This document shows positions 25,503 to 35,280 of a stretch of DNA of 36,205 bases, one piece after another. Source of the stretch: Candidatus Velthaea sp. GTDB taxonomy: Bacteria > Vulcanimicrobiota > Vulcanimicrobiia > Vulcanimicrobiales > Vulcanimicrobiaceae. How positions within the stretch are numbered: the stretch's first letter is position 1; each line of letters begins with the position of its first letter. The translations under genes were made by a program, and so were the position numbers. The stretch covers positions 1 to 36,205 of the forward strand of contig JBEKHC010000050.1 of NCBI GenBank assembly GCA_050012475.1, written 5' to 3'. The notes beneath the pieces were generated by a model that saw nothing but the letters and a program-made list of their open reading frames with translations, made no database searches and had not been told where the DNA came from.

Positions 25503-26243
25503 ATGCCGAACGCCACTTTCGCGCTGCAAAAAAGTAAGGACCGCTTTTATGCCGATCACGGCTGGCTCAAAACGTATCATTCGTTCAGCTTTGCCGACTA
25601 TTACGATCCGGCGAATGTGAACTGGGGCGCTTTGCGGGTTTTCAACGACGATCGCGTCGCTGCCGGCCGCGGTTTTCCCACCCACCCGCATCAGAACATG
25701 GAGATCGTCACCTACGTGTTCGAGGGCAAACTCGAACATCGCGACACGCTGGGCAGCCACGGGATCGTCGAAAGCGGCGGCGTGCAATTCTTGAGCGCCG
25801 GCACCGGATTGCAGCACTCGGAGTTCAACGCGATGACCGACCGCGAATTGCACTTCGTTCAGATGTGGGTGCTGCCGGGTACGCGCGATGCGCAGCCGAC
25901 CTACGGCCAATTCGATTTCGACCTGGCGGCGCGCCGGAACCGCTGGCTGGACATCGCGTCCGGCGAGGCGAACGACGCGCCGATCCGCTTGACGCAGCGG
26001 GCGACGCTGCGAGTGGCGCGACTTGAAAACGCGCGCGTCGACTATGCGTTCGCGGCCGGGCGGCTGGGGTTTTTGTTCGCCGGAAAAGGCCGCGCGACGG
26101 TGACGGCCACCGATCCCGCGGGCGGCGAGCATCGCGCGGCCTTGACGGCCGGCGACGCGATCCGGGTGAGCGATCTCGAGACGCTCGCGGTGAGCGGAGA
26201 TGCCGAGCTCGTGTTCTGGGACGTGCCGCCCGTCCGCGGGTAG
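25503..26243 (+). CDS. Pirin-family bicupin protein (YhhW-like)
   Basis: ADHGWLKTYHSFSFADYYDP, LRVFNDD, GFPTHPHQNMEIVTYV, LEHRDTLG, SAGTGLQHSEFN and HFVQMWVLP. Confidence 0.95.
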   Translation: MPNATFALQKSKDRFYADHGWLKTYHSFSFADYYDPANVNWGALRVFNDDRVAAGRGFPTHPHQNMEIVTYVFEGKLEHRDTLGSHGIVESGGVQFLSAGTGLQHSEFNAMTDRELHFVQMWVLPGTRDAQPTYGQFDFDLAARRNRWLDIASGEANDAPIRLTQRATLRVARLENARVDYAFAAGRLGFLFAGKGRATVTATDPAGGEHRAALTAGDAIRVSDLETLAVSGDAELVFWDVPPVRG

Positions 26244-26255
26244 CGGACGGGCGGC
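26225..26255. terminator. Hairpin at the convergence of pirin and the phosphatase/small-peptide gene
   Basis: 13-bp perfect stem GCCGCCCGTCCGC-GGGTA-GCGGACGGGCGGC spanning the pirin stop. No clear U-tract. Confidence 0.45.
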
Positions 26256-26271
26256 GGCCGCAGCGGGGTTC

Positions 26272-26343
26272 TTACTTGGCCTTCGGTTTGGCGTCTTTCT
26301 TTGGTTTTTTCTTTTCTTTTTTTGCTTCTTGGCCCTTAGCCAT
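26272..26343 (-). CDS. Small Lys-rich basic peptide (23 aa), in frame with the phosphatase
   Basis: MAKGQEAKKEKKKPKKDAKPKAK* has its own GAGGT SD (26351-26355) and an abrupt switch to A-rich composition. Confidence 0.55.
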   Translation of the reverse strand: MAKGQEAKKEKKKPKKDAKPKAK

Positions 26344-28143
26344 CAGACGTACCTCATCGCTTTCTTCTACGATCGTCCGCCCGCAAACGTCAGTGGCGCG
26401 GGGGTCGGAGCGCGCCGCAAAGGCCGTTCGTCGCGGCTGGAACGGAAACATTCGGCGCAATTCGATGACCAGCAGCGCAACGTCGTCTTTGGCGCGGTTC
26501 GCGAGCACGCATTCGTATAGGAATGACGCCTTGCGCGAATGGTCGGCGAACGCCTCATCTTCGACCGCGGCCCGCAAGCGCGCTTCGCCTTCGAGCGGAT
26601 CGCGGGTGGCTTCCGTAAGACCGTCGGTGTAGAGCACGACGACGCTGCCTTCGTCCAGCTGGATCTTGGCCGGCCCGGCCGTCGCCGGCTCGCGCAGGCC
26701 GATCGGCAGGTCGGGTGCCCACAGCGTTTCGATTCGCCCGTCGGCGTGGCGGACCAAGGGCGCGGGATGCCCCGCCGACGCGTATGACAGCAGACGGTGG
26801 TCGGCGCTCAAAAACCCCAGGAAGGCGGTGACGATCAAGCTTTCGCTCTCGAAGCGCAGCGCCCGATCGACCGCGTCGAGCACGGCGACCGGATCGTCGA
26901 GCGTCTGCGCCAGTCCGCGGATCATTTGACGCGCGCCGCCCATGGCGGCCGCGGCGACGACGCCCGTCCCGGCGACGTCGCCGATCGAGATGACCACGCG
27001 CCCATCGCCCAGCGCGAAGGCGTCGTACCAATCGCCGCCGATCTGCGCTTCGTCGCTGCCCGCCTCGTACACCGCGTCGATCGACAAGCCGGGAAAGACC
27101 GGCAGCGTGCCGGGAAGCGCCGCGTGCTGCAAGGTGTCGGCGATCCGATGCTCGCGACTGAAGGCATAGGCGTTCTCGAAGGCGGCCGCAAGCTGGGCGC
27201 CGATGAGTTCGAGATATTCACGGTACCGCACGTCCCGCGGCAGCGCCGGACTCAGGCCGACGACGATCCAGCTGCGTGGACCGCTGCCGCTGGCCTGCGG
27301 CAGCGCCGCAACGTGCGCGTCCCGCACCGGCTGTCCGAACGCTCCGCCCGCGTACGGCTGGCCGTTGCCGCGCAAGCCCAGTTCGATCAGGCCGCTGCCG
27401 CCTTCTGCGCAAACGGCTTGCGCGATCACGGCCAGATCGCGAGCGTCAGTTTCGTCCAGGCCTGCATACCCCAGCAACGCCGGCGGCGACAACCCCGGCT
27501 CGCCGGCATGCTGCGCATCGTCGGCTGCGTCGGAGAAGATCACGACGAACACGATGTCGCCGGTATTTTCCGCCAGCGCCTTCACCGCAATCCAGCCGAT
27601 GTCGCGGACCGAGCGCATGCGCGCCGTGCGCGACGCGAACTCGCGCAGCGAGCGCAGCCGGCGTTCGGCTAACACGTTGCGCGACGTTTCGACCATGGTC
27701 GCCAGGATGCCGCCGATTCGTCCGTCGTCGTCGCGCAGCGGTGCATACGAAATCGTGAGATAGACTTCTTCGCGCCATGCGTTGCGTTCGAGCGGATAGA
27801 GCGCGTCCTCGAAATAAAACTCGCGACCCGAATGCAGCACGTCAGCGTAGATGGGCCCGTTGATGTGCCACACCTCGGGCCAGATCGCCTTATTCGTGGC
27901 ACCCATCGCGCGCGGATGACGCGCTCCGATCAGCTCGGCGTAGGCGTCGTTGTAGGCCGCCTGCACGATGTCCGGACCCCACAGCACGACCATCGGAAAA
28001 CGATTGGCGAACACGATCTCGACGGCTGTTTGCAGCCGCTGCGGCCAGCGTTCGACCGGTCCGAGCGAGGTGCGCGACCAATCGATGCCGGCAAACACCT
28101 CGCGAGCGCACACGAACGCGGGACTGCCGTCGTCCGGCTTCAA
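26272..28143 (-). CDS. PAS-like + GAF + SpoIIE/PP2C Ser phosphatase (RsbU/RsbP-like)
   Basis: N-terminal DWSRTSLGPVERWPQRL...YNDAY...IWPEVW sensor module, a GAF-like segment, IADTLQHAALP, IGGDWYD, IGDVAGTG, ASAGHPAP, LYTDGLTE and DDVALLV. TTG start. The frame runs on into a Lys-rich tail. Confidence 0.9.
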   Translation of the reverse strand: MKPDDGSPAFVCAREVFAGIDWSRTSLGPVERWPQRLQTAVEIVFANRFPMVVLWGPDIVQAAYNDAYAELIGARHPRAMGATNKAIWPEVWHINGPIYADVLHSGREFYFEDALYPLERNAWREEVYLTISYAPLRDDDGRIGGILATMVETSRNVLAERRLRSLREFASRTARMRSVRDIGWIAVKALAENTGDIVFVVIFSDAADDAQHAGEPGLSPPALLGYAGLDETDARDLAVIAQAVCAEGGSGLIELGLRGNGQPYAGGAFGQPVRDAHVAALPQASGSGPRSWIVVGLSPALPRDVRYREYLELIGAQLAAAFENAYAFSREHRIADTLQHAALPGTLPVFPGLSIDAVYEAGSDEAQIGGDWYDAFALGDGRVVISIGDVAGTGVVAAAAMGGARQMIRGLAQTLDDPVAVLDAVDRALRFESESLIVTAFLGFLSADHRLLSYASAGHPAPLVRHADGRIETLWAPDLPIGLREPATAGPAKIQLDEGSVVVLYTDGLTEATRDPLEGEARLRAAVEDEAFADHSRKASFLYECVLANRAKDDVALLVIELRRMFPFQPRRTAFAARSDPRATDVCGRTIVEESDEVRLMAKGQEAKKEKKKPKKDAKPKAK

Positions 28144-28271
28144 GGGTTGCGCTTCGATGAAGGGTGCGTCAAGAACCGCCTATCTCTCAACAGCGAGATG
28201 AACGGGGAATCGATCCACCTTCCGGACTTTTGCGAACGGTACCCGAACGGCCTCCACCCGCGCGCGGCGCG

Positions 28272-28964
28272 TTACGCGCGGTCCAGCATGTGCAGTGCCG
28301 TTCGAATCGCGACCGGTTCGTAGGTCCGGCTAAGTGCCGCGAGCGTGGCGTGCGCGAGACCCGCCTCGAACCGCGCGATCGCGCGCGAAGCGGCCTCGGC
28401 GTCGCGTGCAACGCACGCGCCCGCGATGGCGGCATAGCTTTCCGCCGCGCCGGCGGACAGTTCGGCGTACATCCGCCGATAGCGTTCGCAGCGGTCGAAT
28501 TGCTTGGCAATGGTTTCGCGCAAACGTTGGCCCGCGCCGGCCACGTAGCGCGCGTGCAGCGTGCGTCGCGCCCGATCGCGCGCCGGAACGTCGGCGCGTT
28601 CGGCCGCGATCCGGAACGCAGCGGTCGACGCCAACACGCCGTTCAGATCGATCTCGGTCAAGCGCGCAACGGTCACCTTGACGCCCATCGCTTCGACGAG
28701 AATGCGTTCGGTGAACATGACGTCGAGCGATTCCGCATCGATCACGGCCACGCGCGCGCGCTGGTTTTCGAGCGATTCGACGAGTCCCTCAGCTTCGAGC
28801 CGGCGAATTGCTTCGCGCAACGGTGTTCGGCTCACGCCGTACGAACGTGCGAGCTGCACTTGCGAGAGCACGTCACCGGGCGCGAGATCACCTTGCATGA
28901 TCGCCGCGCGCAGACGTTCGTGAATGCGTTCGACACTGCGAACGCGGGTGCTCGAAACCGACAA
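28272..28964 (-). CDS. GntR-family (FCD) transcriptional regulator
   Basis: LRAAIMQGDLAPGDVLSQVQLARSYGVSRTPLREAIRRLEAEGLV, followed by an FCD-like helical domain. TTG start. Confidence 0.92.
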   Translation of the reverse strand: MSVSSTRVRSVERIHERLRAAIMQGDLAPGDVLSQVQLARSYGVSRTPLREAIRRLEAEGLVESLENQRARVAVIDAESLDVMFTERILVEAMGVKVTVARLTEIDLNGVLASTAAFRIAAERADVPARDRARRTLHARYVAGAGQRLRETIAKQFDRCERYRRMYAELSAGAAESYAAIAGACVARDAEAASRAIARFEAGLAHATLAALSRTYEPVAIRTALHMLDRA

Positions 28965-29050
28965 GCGCTTAATTACTTTGCAGAAAGGACTCGCTAAGCA
29001 AAACCGGAAGCTCCACGCCTCCTTTAAAGTGTGTACAGTTTGGAGGACCA

Positions 29051-29932
29051 GTGTTCCCAGCCTCCTTCGAATACGTGCAGGCTCGCTCGGTGGACGAAGC
29101 GCTCGCAGCGCTGCTCGAGCACGGCGCCGATGCGCGCGTCCTCGCCGGAGGGCAAAGCCTCATCCCGGCGATGCGCTACCGGCTCGCTCGCCCGGCCGTG
29201 CTCGTCGACATCAATCCGATTACCGAACTCGCGTATATCGCCGAGGCCGACGGCGCGCTGCGCATCGGCGCCGGCGCGCGCGATTTTGCGATCGAAGTCT
29301 CGCCGCTCATCAAGGACCGCTATCATCTCATGGCCGATGCCGCGGCGGTCGTGGCCGATCCGGTGGTGCGCCAGAGCGGCACCGTCGTCGGCAGCCTGTG
29401 CCACAACGATCCCGCCGGCGACTGGAGCGTGGTCGCGTTGGCGTCGCGGGCCGAGATCGTGGTGCGCGGAAAAGGCGGCGAACGGGTCGTTCCGATCGAC
29501 GACTTCTTGATCGATTCGTACACCACAGCGGTGGGTGAGGGCGAGATCGCGCTCGAGGTGCGGTTTCCGACGCCCGGCCCGCTAACGTCCGGCTCGTATC
29601 AAAAGATCGAACGCAAAGTAGGCGACTTCGCGACCGCCTCGGCCGCCGTCCAGCTCACGCTGAGCGCGGATGGGTCGATCGCGAATGCGGGCATCGCGAT
29701 CGGCGCCGCCGGCCCCAAGGCGTTGCGGGTTGCGCAAGCCGAGCGGATTCTGACCGGGGCTCAGCCCTCGAAAGATGTGCTGCGGGCAGCCGCCGCAGCC
29801 GCGAAAGAACTCTCGGACCCCGTCGGCGACACCCGCGGGGATGTGGAATTCAAGCGTGAGATGGCCGCGGTGCTGGTGCAGCGCGGCTTGATCGCGACGC
29901 TCGAACGCTTGCACGGAGGAGCCCCGCGTTGA
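29051..29932 (+). CDS. coxM: Aerobic CO dehydrogenase medium (FAD) subunit
   Basis: GGAGG SD and GTG start. [50 protein letters not shown] and [12 protein letters not shown]. Confidence 0.92.
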   Translation: MFPASFEYVQARSVDEALAALLEHGADARVLAGGQSLIPAMRYRLARPAVLVDINPITELAYIAEADGALRIGAGARDFAIEVSPLIKDRYHLMADAAAVVADPVVRQSGTVVGSLCHNDPAGDWSVVALASRAEIVVRGKGGERVVPIDDFLIDSYTTAVGEGEIALEVRFPTPGPLTSGSYQKIERKVGDFATASAAVQLTLSADGSIANAGIAIGAAGPKALRVAQAERILTGAQPSKDVLRAAAAAAKELSDPVGDTRGDVEFKREMAAVLVQRGLIATLERLHGGAPR

Positions 29933-30456
29933 ACATCCGCGTCACGGTCAACGGCACCGAGTACGTGCGCGACGTCGAACCGCGCACGCTGCTGGCGTAT
30001 TTTCTGCGCGAGGCGTGCGGCCTGACCGGCACGCACGTCGGCTGCGACTCATCGAGTTGCGGCGTGTGCGTCGTGGTGCTCGACGGTGAACGCGCGGTCA
30101 AGTCGTGCACGATGTTCGCCGTGCAGGCCGACGGTCACGCCGTCACCACCGTCGAGGGACTGGCGCAGGGCACGCAGCTGCACCCGCTGCAGCAAGCCTT
30201 CTGGGATTGCCACGGACTGCAGTGCGGATATTGCACGCCAGGGATGATGATGACGTCACTCGTGCTGCTCAAACACAACCCCAATCCGAGCGAGCCCGAG
30301 ATTCGCGAAGCGCTGGCCGGAAACTTATGCCGCTGCACGGGCTATCAAAACATCGTTGCTGCCGTGCAGCAAGCCGCGCGGCAACTTGCCTCACCGTTGG
30401 CCGCACCGCAAAACGGATCGCCGCCGGCCGCATCGCCCCAACCCGTCGAAGCGTAG
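29929..30456 (+). CDS. coxS: Aerobic CO dehydrogenase small (2x[2Fe-2S]) subunit
   Basis: TTG start overlapping the coxM stop. [26 protein letters not shown] and GNLCRCTGY. Confidence 0.94.
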   Translation: MNIRVTVNGTEYVRDVEPRTLLAYFLREACGLTGTHVGCDSSSCGVCVVVLDGERAVKSCTMFAVQADGHAVTTVEGLAQGTQLHPLQQAFWDCHGLQCGYCTPGMMMTSLVLLKHNPNPSEPEIREALAGNLCRCTGYQNIVAAVQQAARQLASPLAAPQNGSPPAASPQPVEA

Positions 30457-30482
30457 CCGGCCGGTATCGAGAAGGAGTTCAC

Positions 30483-32840
30483 ATGGCGATGACCACCGAG
30501 GCGCCCGAACGGCACGCAATCGGTCAGTCGATGAAGCGGAAGGAAGATCCGCGCCTCATCCGTGGCGCAGGGCGCTTCGTCGACGACATCACGCTGCCGA
30601 ACATGCTGTATCTCGCACTGGTGCACAGCCCCTATCCGCACGCGCGCATCGCGAGCATCGACAAGAGCGCGGCGCTCGCCATGCCGGGCGTCAAAGCCGT
30701 GATCACGGGCGAGGACCTCGTCGCCGCCAATTTGGGCTGGATTCCCACCTTCCACGGCTACGACAAGCAAATGGTGCTCGCCGTGGGCAAGGTGCTGTTT
30801 CAATATCAAGAAGTCGCCGGCGTGATCGCGAGCTCGCGTGAAGCGGCACTCGATGCCGCCGAACTCGTCGACGTCGACTACGAACCACTCGAGGCGCTGA
30901 CCGATCCCTTCGAGGCGATGCGCGATACGCTCATCATTCGCGACGACCGCGAAAACAAAACCAATCACATCTATCACTGGGAAGCCGGCGACCGCGCCAA
31001 GACCGACGCCGCGCTGACAAACGCCGAGATCGCCATCGACGAGAGGATGGAGTTCCAGCGCTGCCACCCGGCGCCGCTCGAACCGTGCGGCATCGTCGCC
31101 GACAGCAATGGCGGCACCGGCCGCCTCACGATGTATCTCACCTCGCAGGCGCCGCATGCCCACCGCACGGTCGTCTCGCTCGTCACCGGGATCCCCGAAG
31201 ACAAGATTCGCATCGTGTCACCCGACATCGGCGGCGGCTTCGGCAATAAAGTCCCGGTATACCCGGGGTACGTCGTCGCAACCGCGGCGTCGGTCATTCT
31301 CGGCGTGCCCGTCAAGTGGATCGAGACGCGCACCGAAAACCTCACCACGACAGGGTTCGCGCGCGATTACCACATGCGCGTCCAAATCGGCGCGACCAAA
31401 GCCGGCAAAATCACCGCACTCAAAGTAACGACCGTCGCCGATCACGGCGCGTTCGATGCGGCCGCCGATCCAACCAAATATCCGGCCGGGCTGTTTGGGA
31501 TCGTGACGGGGTCGTACGACTTCCCGACCGCCTTCACCGAACTCGATGCGTATTTCACCAATAAGGCGCCGGGGGGCGTAGCCTATCGCTGTTCGTTCCG
31601 CGTGACCGAAGCGTCGTATGCCATCGAGCGCGGGATGGACATGCTCGCACAGCGGCTCGGCATGGATCCGGCGAAGTTCCGGCTGCTCAATTTCATCGGG
31701 CACGAGCAGTTTCCGTATCCGTCGCCCTTGGGCTTCATCTACGACAGCGGCGACTACGAGACCACGCTGCAAAAGGCGCTCGACCTCATCGGTTACGACG
31801 CGCTGCGCGCCGAACAAGCCGAGAAACGCGCGCGCGGCGAATACATGGGGATCGGCATCTCGACCTTTACGGAAGTGGTCGGCGCGGGGCCCAGTAAGCT
31901 CTTTGACATCATGGGCATCAAGATGTTCGACAGCGCCGAGATCCGGATCCATCCGACGGGATCGGGGATCGTGCGCACCGGTGCACGCCATCAAGGCCAA
32001 GGCCATGAAACGACGTGGGCGCAGATCGTCGCCGAAGAACTCGGCCTCGATCCGCAAAACATCCTCGTCGAAGAGGGTGACACCGACACCGCGCCCTACG
32101 GCTTGGGCACCTACGCCAGCCGCAGCACGCCGGTCGCCGGCGGCGCGATCGCGCTGGCCGCACGCAAAGTGCGCGAGAAAGCCAAGAAGATCGCGGCTCA
32201 CGTGCTCGAGGCGTCCGAAGACGACATCGAGTGGGAAGACTACAAATTCAAAGTCGCGGGGGTGCCCGGCAAAAGCATCACGATGAAAGAGATCGCTTTC
32301 GCCGCGTACACCAATCCCGCCCCGGGCAGCGAACCGGGACTGGAAGCGACCTTCTATTACGATCCGCCCAACATGACGTTTCCGCACGGAGCGTACGTCG
32401 CCGTCGTCGACGTCGACGCCGAGACCGGTTTCGTGAAGGTCCGCCGCTTTCTGGCCGTCGACGATTGCGGTACGGTCATCAACCCGATGATCGTCGAGGG
32501 GCAAATCCACGGCGGGCTCACCGAGGGCTTCGCGATCGCGTTCATGCAAGAGATCCGCTTCGACGCCGGCGGCAATCATCTCAACACCAACTTCACCGAG
32601 TATCTCGTGCCGACGTCGCTCGAAACACCGCATTGGGAAACCGCGAAGACCTGCACCCCTAGCCCCCACCATCCGATCGGCGCGAAGGGCGTGGGCGAAA
32701 GCCCCAACGTCGGCTCGCCGGCCGCCTTCGTGAATGCGGTCGTCGATGCGCTCGCACCGCTGGGCGTCAAGCACATCGAGATGCCGATGACGCGAGCCAA
32801 GGTTTGGCACGCGATTCAAGCGGGACGGGCGGCGCAATGA
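30483..32840 (+). CDS. coxL: Form I aerobic (Mo,Cu) CO dehydrogenase large subunit
   Basis: AAGGAG SD and ATG 30483. Active-site loop GGVAYRCSFRVTEA (AYRCSFR at 31581-31601), plus IGGGFGNKV, QGQGHETT, TYASRSTP and GAKGVGESP. Confidence 0.96.
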   Translation: MAMTTEAPERHAIGQSMKRKEDPRLIRGAGRFVDDITLPNMLYLALVHSPYPHARIASIDKSAALAMPGVKAVITGEDLVAANLGWIPTFHGYDKQMVLAVGKVLFQYQEVAGVIASSREAALDAAELVDVDYEPLEALTDPFEAMRDTLIIRDDRENKTNHIYHWEAGDRAKTDAALTNAEIAIDERMEFQRCHPAPLEPCGIVADSNGGTGRLTMYLTSQAPHAHRTVVSLVTGIPEDKIRIVSPDIGGGFGNKVPVYPGYVVATAASVILGVPVKWIETRTENLTTTGFARDYHMRVQIGATKAGKITALKVTTVADHGAFDAAADPTKYPAGLFGIVTGSYDFPTAFTELDAYFTNKAPGGVAYRCSFRVTEASYAIERGMDMLAQRLGMDPAKFRLLNFIGHEQFPYPSPLGFIYDSGDYETTLQKALDLIGYDALRAEQAEKRARGEYMGIGISTFTEVVGAGPSKLFDIMGIKMFDSAEIRIHPTGSGIVRTGARHQGQGHETTWAQIVAEELGLDPQNILVEEGDTDTAPYGLGTYASRSTPVAGGAIALAARKVREKAKKIAAHVLEASEDDIEWEDYKFKVAGVPGKSITMKEIAFAAYTNPAPGSEPGLEATFYYDPPNMTFPHGAYVAVVDVDAETGFVKVRRFLAVDDCGTVINPMIVEGQIHGGLTEGFAIAFMQEIRFDAGGNHLNTNFTEYLVPTSLETPHWETAKTCTPSPHHPIGAKGVGESPNVGSPAAFVNAVVDALAPLGVKHIEMPMTRAKVWHAIQAGRAAQ

Positions 32841-33301
32841 ACCTGCAATGGAACGGGCAAGAGCGCATCGCCGCCGACAAGGCGACCACGTGGGCGTTCA
32901 TCAACGATCCCGAACAAATCGCGCTGTGTCTGCCCGACCTGCTCGAAGCGACGATCCACCACGCGCACGCCTTCGAGGCCGTCGTGCAGGTGGCACTCGG
33001 TCCGGTGCGCGGGAAATTCAAATTCAAAATCGCGCTCGAACCCAATTCGGATCAGACCCACATGAAGCTCAAGATCAGCGGCGGCGGCCTGGGCAGCGTG
33101 GTCGATCTGTTCGCCGGCGCGCTCGTCACCGCCGACGAAGCGATGACGATTTTGGATTGGGACGGAACTGCGTCCCTGCGCGGCCCGATCGCAACCGTCG
33201 GCGGCCGGGTCGTCAACGTGCAAGCCGAGCGCGTGATCAGCACGACGTTCGCGAACGTCAAATCGCGCCTTGCCGGCTCGAACGGCGTCATCCTCGTTTA
33301 G
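32837..33301 (+). CDS. coxG: CoxG / SRPBCC (START-like) accessory protein
   Basis: ATGA overlap with coxL. WAFINDPEQIALCLP, VALGPVRGKF and GPIATVGGRVV. Confidence 0.85.
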   Translation: MNLQWNGQERIAADKATTWAFINDPEQIALCLPDLLEATIHHAHAFEAVVQVALGPVRGKFKFKIALEPNSDQTHMKLKISGGGLGSVVDLFAGALVTADEAMTILDWDGTASLRGPIATVGGRVVNVQAERVISTTFANVKSRLAGSNGVILV

Positions 33302-33305
33302 TCGC

Positions 33306-34319
33306 ATGGTGTTGTTCGAGCGCATCGCCGGGCTGGAGCGCGAGCACGCCAGCTTCGCCATCGCAACGGTCGTCGCGCGCCGCTCGCCGGTGAGTTCGCA
33401 CTTGGGCGACCGCGCGCTGATCTTCGGCGACGGCCGCATGGAGGGCTTCGTCGGCGGCTCGTGCTCGCGCGACATCGTGCGTCGCTACGCGCTCGATGCC
33501 ATCGCCAGCCGGCGCCCGCTGCTGCTGCAAATTCGGCCCGACGCTGCCGAGCGAGCCGATACGGTGGCCGGACCGGCCCGACCGGCGAATACGGAACAAG
33601 TGGTTATCCCGATGAGCTGTTCGTCCGAGGGCGCCGTCGACGTGTACATCGAGCCGCGCGTTCCGCTGCGGCGCTTGATCGTCGCCGGATTCACGCCGGT
33701 GGCGCAGGCGCTGGCGCGCATCGCCGTCATGCTGGACTACGACGTCGTGCGCGTCGTCGCCGATAGCGAGATACGCGACCTCGGCGAGGCGGTTGCCGGC
33801 GTGCGCGTCGTCGAACTCAAGAGTTTGCGCAGCTTTCTGGGCGCGCTCGACGAGCGGTCACAGCGCGATCTCGTGGCGGTCGTTGCCTCACAGGGGCACT
33901 ACGACGAAATCGCGCTCGAAGTGCTGCTGGACTGTCCGATCGCCTTCACCGGATTGTTGGCCAGCCGGCGCCGCGCCGCGTCCGTCGCGGGCATCCTCGC
34001 CCAGCAGGGGCTGCCGGCGGAACGTCTGGCGCTGATCCGCACTCCGGTCGGGCTCGACATTGGCGCACGCAGCCCGGGCGAAGTCGCGGTCGCGATCCTC
34101 GCGCAAATCATCGAAAACGGCCAGCGTCCGGCAGATCCGTCGGCACCGGCCGCGGCGGCGCCGGCAATCGATCCGGTGTGCGGCATGGACGTCGAAACCG
34201 CCGACGCGCTGCACCGTCTCGACTACGGCGGGAGCACGTATTTCTTCTGCTGCGCCCACTGCCGCGCGGCGTTCGGCGCGAATCCCGCGCAGTATCTGCT
34301 CGCGCTCGGCGCGACGTGA
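33306..34319 (+). CDS. coxF: XdhC/CoxF-family molybdenum cofactor maturation protein fused to a YHS domain
   Basis: FAIATVV...GDRALI...GFVGGSC, MSCSSEGAVDVYIEP, VASQGHYDE, GLLASRRR and PVGLDIGARSPGEVAVAILAQII, then C-terminal IDPVCGMDV...YFFCCAHCRAAF (YHS). Confidence 0.85.
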   Translation: MVLFERIAGLEREHASFAIATVVARRSPVSSHLGDRALIFGDGRMEGFVGGSCSRDIVRRYALDAIASRRPLLLQIRPDAAERADTVAGPARPANTEQVVIPMSCSSEGAVDVYIEPRVPLRRLIVAGFTPVAQALARIAVMLDYDVVRVVADSEIRDLGEAVAGVRVVELKSLRSFLGALDERSQRDLVAVVASQGHYDEIALEVLLDCPIAFTGLLASRRRAASVAGILAQQGLPAERLALIRTPVGLDIGARSPGEVAVAILAQIIENGQRPADPSAPAAAAPAIDPVCGMDVETADALHRLDYGGSTYFFCCAHCRAAFGANPAQYLLALGAT

Positions 34320-35260
34320 TCGCCGAGCGCATCCGCGAGCGGTTCGCGCAGCGCGGATTCGTCGCCGGCGAAGACTTGGCGACGGCGCTCGAATTGACGA
34401 CCGCACTGGAAAAGCCGCTGCTCATCGAAGGCCCCGCCGGTGTCGGCAAGACCGAAAGCGCGAAGGTACTCGCGGACGTCCTCGAAACGCGCCTCGTGCG
34501 GCTGCAATGCTACGAGGGCCTCGACGCGGCGAGCGCGCTGTACGAGTGGAATTACTCCAAACAGCTGCTGCGCATTCGACTGACCGAGAACAGCGGCGAA
34601 AGCGCCGAGGCGCGCGAAGCGCAAATTTTCAGCGAAGCGTTTTTGCTGCGCCGGCCGCTGCTCGAAGCAATTTCGCAAGACCGTGCGCCGGTGCTGCTCA
34701 TCGATGAAATCGATCGCGCCGACGAAGCGTTCGAGGCGTTTTTGCTCGAACTCTTGGGCGAATTCCAAGTCACGATCCCCGAACTGGGCACGCTCGTCGC
34801 GCGAACGCGGCCGGCCGTGGTGTTGACCTCCAACCGGACCCGGGAACTGTCCGACGCATTACGGCGGCGCTGCCTGTATCTCTGGCTCGACTATCCGACG
34901 CGCGATGAAGAAATCGCGATCCTGCGCGCGCGGCTGCCCGGGATCGACCTTCGGCTGGCCGGCCAGATCGCCGCGTTCATGGAGTTTCTGCGCGATCAGC
35001 CGTTCCGCAAAGTCCCCGGCGTGGCCGAAAGCCTGGACTGGGCCCTCGCGCTCACCCGCCTGCATCGCGACGCCTTGGACGAACGGACCTTGGCGAAGAC
35101 CATGGGCTGCATCCTCAAGGTGCAGGAGGATTGGGCGCTGCTGCGCAGTCAAGCTGCGCGCTACGCGCCGCTCCTCGCGCACGAAGGGACGGAAACGCCG
35201 GCCACCGAGCCGCCCGAAGCGAATTACGGCATCGGATCGGTGCAAGCGCGTCGCGGTTGA
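34316..35260 (+). CDS. coxD: MoxR-type AAA+ ATPase CoxD
   Basis: GTG 34316 with GTGA overlap. KPLLIEGPAGVGKTE, RLQCYEGLD, LYEWNYSKQLL, LLIDEIDRADEAFEAFLLE and TSNRTRELSDALRRRC. Confidence 0.93.
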   Translation: MIAERIRERFAQRGFVAGEDLATALELTTALEKPLLIEGPAGVGKTESAKVLADVLETRLVRLQCYEGLDAASALYEWNYSKQLLRIRLTENSGESAEAREAQIFSEAFLLRRPLLEAISQDRAPVLLIDEIDRADEAFEAFLLELLGEFQVTIPELGTLVARTRPAVVLTSNRTRELSDALRRRCLYLWLDYPTRDEEIAILRARLPGIDLRLAGQIAAFMEFLRDQPFRKVPGVAESLDWALALTRLHRDALDERTLAKTMGCILKVQEDWALLRSQAARYAPLLAHEGTETPATEPPEANYGIGSVQARRG

Positions 35261-35280
35261 AGCAATCGCGCCGGCACACG

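Noticed and set aside
24462..26243. 593-aa ORF suggesting a hydrolase-pirin fusion
   Set aside because: The upstream part is an off-frame overlap of the hydrolase. Pirin starts at 25503.
15330..32840. Functional link between the SelB-like domain and the CO dehydrogenase (selenoenzyme)
   Set aside because: coxL has an ordinary TGT Cys in its active-site loop and no in-frame TGA, and the genes are 13 kb apart.
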